Source: Candidatus Latescibacterota bacterium (GTDB lineage Bacteria > Latescibacterota > UBA2968 > UBA8231). Taken from it: 64,000 bases of DNA. Under the pieces are notes generated by a model. That model saw only the letters and a program-made list of their open reading frames with translations. It was not told the DNA's origin and made no database searches. Each line of letters opens with the position of its first letter. The stretch's first letter is position 1. Below, piece by piece: positions 59,512-64,000 of this stretch. Made by a program: the position numbers and the translations under genes. The DNA is taken from contig CBDAOB010000005.1 of the NCBI GenBank assembly GCA_965197905.1, positions 2,208,001 to 2,272,000 on the forward strand, in the 5' to 3' direction.

Positions 59512-60552
59512 CTACTGATCCTCCGCGCCCATGAGCCGCAGCCGATCGCCCGGCTGGATTTTCCCCTCACCGTCAAGTACGCGCACGCTGGCGAGGCGAG
59601 CGCCGATGATCTCCTGCACCTCTACGACGGCGATGTGCTTCCGTGTGTTCAGACGGTCCTTCTCCGCCCTGTCGGGACCGGGATACACCTTGAACCGGTA
59701 CGCTACGCGCAATTTGTTTTCGCTGCCGATGTTGATGTACACCTCGTCTTCGTGCACTGACAGAATCTCGCCAGGTTGTCCATCCATCTTCAGCGAGCTG
59801 GGTCTGAGGAGTTCCGTGAATTGTTGAATCAGAAGCTGCATGGCGGTGTCGGTCACCTGGCCAATGGCGGTGGTGGAAAACTCCTCGGAGCCGAACACCA
59901 TCTTGTGAAGGCTCATGAACTGTCTGTCCTGATCGCGAGGTTTGCCCAATAGATTCAACCCCAGTCCCCGGTCCACCGATTCCTCGTTGGCCGCCACGGT
60001 ACCCAACACAGAGCTGTCCAGAACGCGGATAGCCCGCAGCTCCAGTTCCGCGATTCCCGAATAAGACTTGTAGCCACCGACCATCGGGTCACCGACGGAA
60101 ATTCGACTCAAATCATACTCGAGAATCGTGCCCATTAGAATGATGTCGGCTTCAGCCGAATCACCGGCAGCCACGGCATTTTGGTCGGTAGGTTTCTCCC
60201 AGGGACTCGTCAGCTCATCCACCACCTTCCAGGGCACAACGTGCCAGTCGGGTGAATTGTCCATTCTCTCGCTCAGCAGGCGAGCCATTTCCCGCTCTAA
60301 ATCCCATACCCCTTTGCGGAAGCTGGATTTGTTTCGAAAAGGCATCACTGCCACGTAAGGCAGGGGAATATTCGCCGTATCGGGCAAGAGAGCTTTTATG
60401 CGCAGGTATTTCGACAACGCTTCGCGCACCGGCGCCTGCTCCTGCGTTTCCGAGTCTCCCTCGGCCGATTTGGAGAAATCGATTCCCAGTTCGCGCATGT
60501 AGGCGCAACCGGTCGTACAGACGGCCAGTGTTAGGGCGAGCAGGCGGATCAT
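59512..60552 (-). CDS. Putative lipoprotein with a CsgG/FlgT-like architecture
   Basis: Signal ending TTGC; VAVMPFRN...ADIILMGTILEYD...AELELRAI; C-terminal VYINIGSENKLRV...VVEVQEI. Confidence 0.55.
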   Translation of the reverse strand: MIRLLALTLAVCTTGCAYMRELGIDFSKSAEGDSETQEQAPVREALSKYLRIKALLPDTANIPLPYVAVMPFRNKSSFRKGVWDLEREMARLLSERMDNSPDWHVVPWKVVDELTSPWEKPTDQNAVAAGDSAEADIILMGTILEYDLSRISVGDPMVGGYKSYSGIAELELRAIRVLDSSVLGTVAANEESVDRGLGLNLLGKPRDQDRQFMSLHKMVFGSEEFSTTAIGQVTDTAMQLLIQQFTELLRPSSLKMDGQPGEILSVHEDEVYINIGSENKLRVAYRFKVYPGPDRAEKDRLNTRKHIAVVEVQEIIGARLASVRVLDGEGKIQPGDRLRLMGAEDQ

Positions 60553-60701
60553 AGTCTATATTCCAACGGAGTTTAGGTTTAACGTGAGCGACAACGCGCT
60601 CTTAGTATAGCAGAGCACGTTCGTTAATACAAAAAGCACCTTCCGATCCAAAATCAACACCATGGGCACCTCCACAAACACGCCGGGATCGCGCCGATAG
60701 C

Positions 60702-62743
60702 ATGAACTCATTCGAGTCCTCCGAATTGGGTAGTGCGCTCAAAGCACGCTCGAAAACAGGAGTTCTCCTCACCCTGCTGTTTGCAGTTAATCCGACCGGT
60801 GCGGAGATCGACCTCACCCACTTGAGCATCGAGCAGTTGATGGAAGTGGAAGTCGAGCTGGCCTCCAGAAAGCCACAAAGAATCAGTGACATCGCCGCCG
60901 CCATCTCTGTTCTGACGGACGAGGACCTTCGCCACTCGGGCGTTCGCACCATCCCCGACGCGTTGCGCGTTGTGCCGGGCCTCCAGATCGCGGCTGTTGA
61001 CGCTAACAAGTGGGTCGTCACGGCGCGCGGCTTCACCGGCCTCTTCGCCAACAAGCTGCTGGTTCAGATCGATGGTCGCACGGTCTATACGCCTTTTTTC
61101 TCCGGAGTGTTTTGGGAATCTAAGGATGTGGTTCTCGCCGACATCGATCGCATAGAGGTGATACGCGGACCCGGCGGCACCATGTGGGGGGCCAATGCGG
61201 TGAACGGCATCGTGAATGTTGTCACCAAGAGTGCTGCTGAGACACCCGGCCTCTTGTTCGAAGGCGGCGCCGGCCTCGAGGAAGAACGCTTCGCCACCTT
61301 GCGTTACGGCCGCCGCGTGAGGGAGGACGTCGCGGTGCGCGGATACGTCAAATATTTTCGCCGAGACGCTTCCACGGCTGCTGGGGTCCACCGCGTAGAA
61401 GACGGATGGGACGCGGGACGGGCCGGTTTGCGCATGGATTGGGCGGCCACCAAAACCGACGAACTCACCCTCATTTCGAATGCGTACCGGGGTACAATAG
61501 GGCAGGGCGTCTCTCTCATCACCTCGCCCTCTGCGCCGTTTGATCAGCCGGTGTACGCCGATGCCAAGATCAACGGACAGGCTGTGTTGGGACGATGGCA
61601 GCGGAAGCTGCATGGCGAATCGGCTGCCACCCTCCAGTCTACCTAGATCGATCCGAGCGCAAAGATATTCGGATTTCCGGAATCGTCGAGAATGCAGACT
61701 TGGACTTTCAGCATCGGTCCCACCCGATCGAACGCCACGATCTCGTCTGGGGGCTCGGCTATCGACGAACCAGCGACGATTTCAAGACAGTCTTTCCCAT
61801 ATCGTTAACGCCTCGAAGCCGCAGCATGCAGCTATTCAACGGGTTTCTGCAGGACCAAGTAACCCTCGTTCCGCAGAAACTCAGACTTGCTGTCGGCTCC
61901 AAATTGGAACACAACGACTACTCGGGATTCGAGGTACAGCCCAGCATTCGATTGTGGTGGTCTCCGCGAGGCCACCACGTGTTCTGGGCTTCCCTCTCCC
62001 GCGCCCTGCGCACCCCATCCAGGGCGGACAACGACATCCACGCGATCGTCAATGCGATCCCGGCCGGCAGTCTGTACGACGGTTCTCCGGTGAGTCTCGT
62101 CGAATTGCGCGGAAGCCGGGAGTTTGATTCCGAAACAGTGCGCGCCTTTGATATCGGGTACCGGTCGCGCATCGGCACTCGTCTACTGTTCGACCTGGCT
62201 GGATTTCAGTACTCCTACGGCAAGCTGCGCACCAATGAGCTGGGCGCAACCGTGCTACGAGACGAGCCTAGCCCGTACGTCTTGTTGCCCATCATCATCG
62301 GCAACGACGCAGATGGAAATACGGCAGGTGTCGAATGGTCGCTCGAGTATCGTCCTACATTGAACACCCGCTTGCAGTTGGGTTATACCTACCTGCACAT
62401 GAGCCTCAATGTTGTCGAGGACGGCATCAGCGGTTTTACCGTGGACTCGGAGAAGGAGTCGCCCACACAGCAAATCGTCATGCGCTCGTCTGCCGATTTG
62501 TTCCGCAACGCCCACGTCGATCTCATCGCCCGCTACGTGGACGAAATCCCCGTCCAGAACATATCCGATTACCTGGCGTTGGATATTCGCCTGGCATTGC
62601 GCACCAGCGATACAACTGAGCTCTCCGTCGTTTCCCGCAATCTGCTCGCTGGCACACACGCCGAGTACATCGCACCGGCTTCGGGGACCTTGCCCGCCAA
62701 GGTGCAGACGAGCCTCTTCGCCGTTTTGCGACTGAGACTGTAG
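60702..62743 (+). pseudogene. TonB-dependent receptor split by a 1-nt frameshift near 61637 (real or sequencing error)
   Basis: Plug: LSIEQLMEVEV.ASRKPQ...IPDALRVVPGL...LLVQIDGR...IDRIEVIRGPGG; barrel strands continue in ORF 61595-62743 ending FAVLRLRL. Adding one base at CAG^TCTAC restores Q-x-YLDRS. Confidence 0.85.
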
Positions 62744-62746
62744 CGC

Positions 62747-63316
62747 ATGGCTCCCGTATTTAGAGTTGTCTCGTCCCCACGCCGTGGTTGGCTGTGGGCG
62801 ATCGTTGCTGCCTTTCTGTTATATGCTCCGATCCATGCCCAACAGCCGTCGGAGTACGAGGTCAAGGCAGCGTATCTCTACAACTTCGCCAACTTCGTCG
62901 AGTGGCCCGAGACATCACATCCAGAAACCTCCCCTACCCTGAACATCGGAATCCTTGGGAGCGACCCGTTCGGCTCGGCCTTCGAAACCATTAAAGGCAA
63001 GAAGATTCGCGACAAGACCGTCGCGATCCATCGTTCGCATAGACTCGCCGATCTACGGGATTCTCAAATCCTGTTCATCGGTAACTCCGAGCGTGGTTTC
63101 CTACCGCAGATCCTCGCCGAGCTTAGTGGCCGCAGCGTGCTCACCGTGGGTGAATCGGAAGGGTTTACCGAGCAGGGTGTGATTATCGACTTCTACACGA
63201 TTGACAATAAGGTTCGCTTCAAGATCAACGTAGAGGCGGGCACTCGGTCCGGGCTGAAACTGAGCTCGAAATTGCTGAAGCTCGCGCAAATCGTCACGAC
63301 GCAGGAGAAGCCGTAG
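62747..63316 (+). CDS. YfiR-family (DUF4154) periplasmic protein
   Basis: EYEVKAAYLYNFANFVEWP...VLTVGE...KVRFKIN...LKLSSKLLKLA; signal peptide. Confidence 0.9.
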   Translation: MAPVFRVVSSPRRGWLWAIVAAFLLYAPIHAQQPSEYEVKAAYLYNFANFVEWPETSHPETSPTLNIGILGSDPFGSAFETIKGKKIRDKTVAIHRSHRLADLRDSQILFIGNSERGFLPQILAELSGRSVLTVGESEGFTEQGVIIDFYTIDNKVRFKINVEAGTRSGLKLSSKLLKLAQIVTTQEKP

Positions 63317-64000
63317 ATGCCGCGGTTCGAAGACATCTCGATCAAGAGACGGCTGACATTGATCGTCATGTTGACCAGCAGCGTGGCGTTGCTGCTGGCC
63401 TGTATCGCCTTCGTGACCTACGATTGGATCTCATCCAAAGAAGCCCTCGTCCGGCGATTGGAAACCATGGCGGAGATCATTGGATCCAACAGCAATGCGG
63501 CGCTGATCTTCGACCACGAGCAAGATGCGATCGAGACCCTTGCGGCGCTGCGGTCAGAACCTCATGTGGTATCAGCCTGCATATACGATGCGTCCGGCGC
63601 CGTGTTCGCCGGGTATCATCGCGACAACGTCGCCTTCGACCCGCCCCCTCTGGAAGCAGACGGATACCGCTTCTCCAAAGACTATCTGGTGTTGTTCAAG
63701 GAGATCGTTGTGGGCGGACCTATCGGAGCAGTCTACATCAAGATGGAGCTGGTGGAGATGCAACATCGGCTGACTCGTTACGCAGGCATCGTCGCCACCT
63801 TCATTCTCGTCTCATCGTTGGCGGCGTTTCTCGTCGGTTCCCGACTTCGAGAGTCCATATCGCAGCCGATTCTTCACCTCGTTCAACGGATGCGCCAGGT
63901 TTCCGAAGACAAGAACTTCACCGTGCGCGCAACGAAGACGAGCCGCGATGAGCTCGGGCAATTGGTGGATGGGTTCAACGAGATGCTGACACAGATTCAG
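63317..64000 (+). CDS. Membrane sensor (TM, periplasmic YfiN/CHASE8-like domain, TM, HAMP); output domain beyond the window
   Basis: Hand translation MPRFEDISIKRRLTLIVMLTSS...NSNAALIFDHEQDAIETLAAL...ISQPILHLVQRMRQVSEDKNFTVRATKTSRDELGQLVDGFNEML. Confidence 0.85.
   Translation, partial: MPRFEDISIKRRLTLIVMLTSSVALLLACIAFVTYDWISSKEALVRRLETMAEIIGSNSNAALIFDHEQDAIETLAALRSEPHVVSACIYDASGAVFAGYHRDNVAFDPPPLEADGYRFSKDYLVLFKEIVVGGPIGAVYIKMELVEMQHRLTRYAGIVATFILVSSLAAFLVGSRLRESISQPILHLVQRMRQVSEDKNFTVRATKTSRDELGQLVDGFNEMLTQIQ

Overview
Mostly core-genome window from a GC-rich (roughly 60% by eye) diderm bacterium. The gene content (GT9, RlpA, TonB-dependent receptor, TPR and PD40 lipoproteins, MFS-HEAT fusion) is compatible with an FCB-related lineage such as Latescibacterota, which is an impression only. 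It opens with the minus-strand cluster tRNA-Gly, tRNA-Thr, rpmG, tRNA-Trp, secE, nusG, rplKAJL, rpoB (partial), which has no tuf. Next come greA, sbcDC, ygfZ, an FAD/Fe-S 2-hydroxyacid oxidoreductase with a LarA-family racemase, zapA with a PDZ/GxDxY-repeat protein, a lone infC, a PfkB kinase, an MFS-HEAT fusion, GT2/methyltransferase genes, HIT, a lone rplC, GT9 and pcm. These are followed by carB-TPR-pyrK-pyrD-rlpA, nnr, an M20 hydrolase, a PD40 lipoprotein, an Nramp-like transporter with a CinA-like/nucleotidyltransferase fusion, a sulfite/nitrite reductase with an unknown protein and ferredoxin, E1alpha/E1beta/SDR, an ABC ATPase, a MerR-HTH-receiver gene, crp-like, uvrB, a sigma54-type dnaK, a Zn-ADH and a lipoprotein. 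The window ends in a TonB receptor (frameshifted)-YfiR-HAMP sensor module. No mobile element or CRISPR array was seen. The best leads are the TBDR-YfiR-sensor module, the monocistronic rplC, leader terminators before carB, greA and zapA, the CTAAAC repeat array at the MerR-REC promoter, the sigma54/UAS architecture of dnaK, and several unusual domain fusions. All family assignments come from motif recognition, not database searches.
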